The notes below the pieces were generated by a model that was given only the letters and a program-made list of their open reading frames with translations, did not search any database and had not been told where the DNA came from. From contig CAZOOF010000001.1 in the NCBI GenBank assembly GCA_964581365.1, positions 119,962-183,961 of the forward strand: a stretch of 64,000 bases of DNA, read 5' to 3'. The stretch's first letter is position 1. The number at the start of each line of letters is the position of its first letter. The position numbers and the translations under genes are program-made. The DNA comes from an uncultured Chromatiales bacterium (GTDB taxonomy: Bacteria; Pseudomonadota; Gammaproteobacteria; SZUA-140). Shown here one piece after another: positions 63,942 through 64,000 of the stretch.

Positions 63942-64000
63942 AAAAACATCGATCCCCGGCACTCCGTCCGTGAAGCCCCGGGGTTCGATGAGGGGGGGCG
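63942..64000 (-). ncRNA. Candidate 3' end of a small RNA, or a terminator hairpin with an ANGGA loop (possibly sX9-like); truncated by the window edge
   Basis: Minus strand CCCCCCC-T-CATCGAACCCCGG-GGCTTCACGGACGGAGTG-CCGGGGATCGATG-TTTTT. Confidence 0.4.

Overview
GC-rich chromosomal segment that looks gammaproteobacterial, judged from conserved gene order (folB-folK-plsY-tsaD, lptD-surA-pdxA-rsmA, glyQS-gmhB-plsC, glnA-ntrBC, lysA-lptM, glcDEF). I found no rRNA, tRNA, CRISPR array, transposase or integrase. The unusual part is a ~24 kb block (8.7-32.4 kb) that starts where rpsU normally sits next to tsaD. It holds: (i) a DrrAB-type ABC exporter whose ATPase has a ~260-aa tail with seven W[QK]GNxWVDxxG repeats; (ii) a minus-strand envelope cluster with a secreted lysine-free acidic protein, a LolA-like protein, an RHH/Zn-finger regulator, two outer-membrane barrels and a long TPR + Slam/DUF560-like barrel; (iii) a histidine phosphatase, nikR and a NikL-M-Q-O-type ECF Ni/Co importer, interrupted by an inverted copZ-csoR-copA cassette; (iv) moaA-C-D-E behind a long structured leader, plus a kelch propeller and two MoeB paralogs, with no Mo-uptake or Mo-insertion genes in the window. 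This block is my best candidate for an undescribed system (metal-pterin/dithiolene synthesis linked to export or surface assembly), but the functional link is inference. Other oddities: a probable CUG start for rsmA, a 689-aa lysine-free lipoprotein with three beta-domain repeats, and an RsmA/CsrA-site hairpin at the right edge. All family calls come from reading motifs by eye; no database searches were run.
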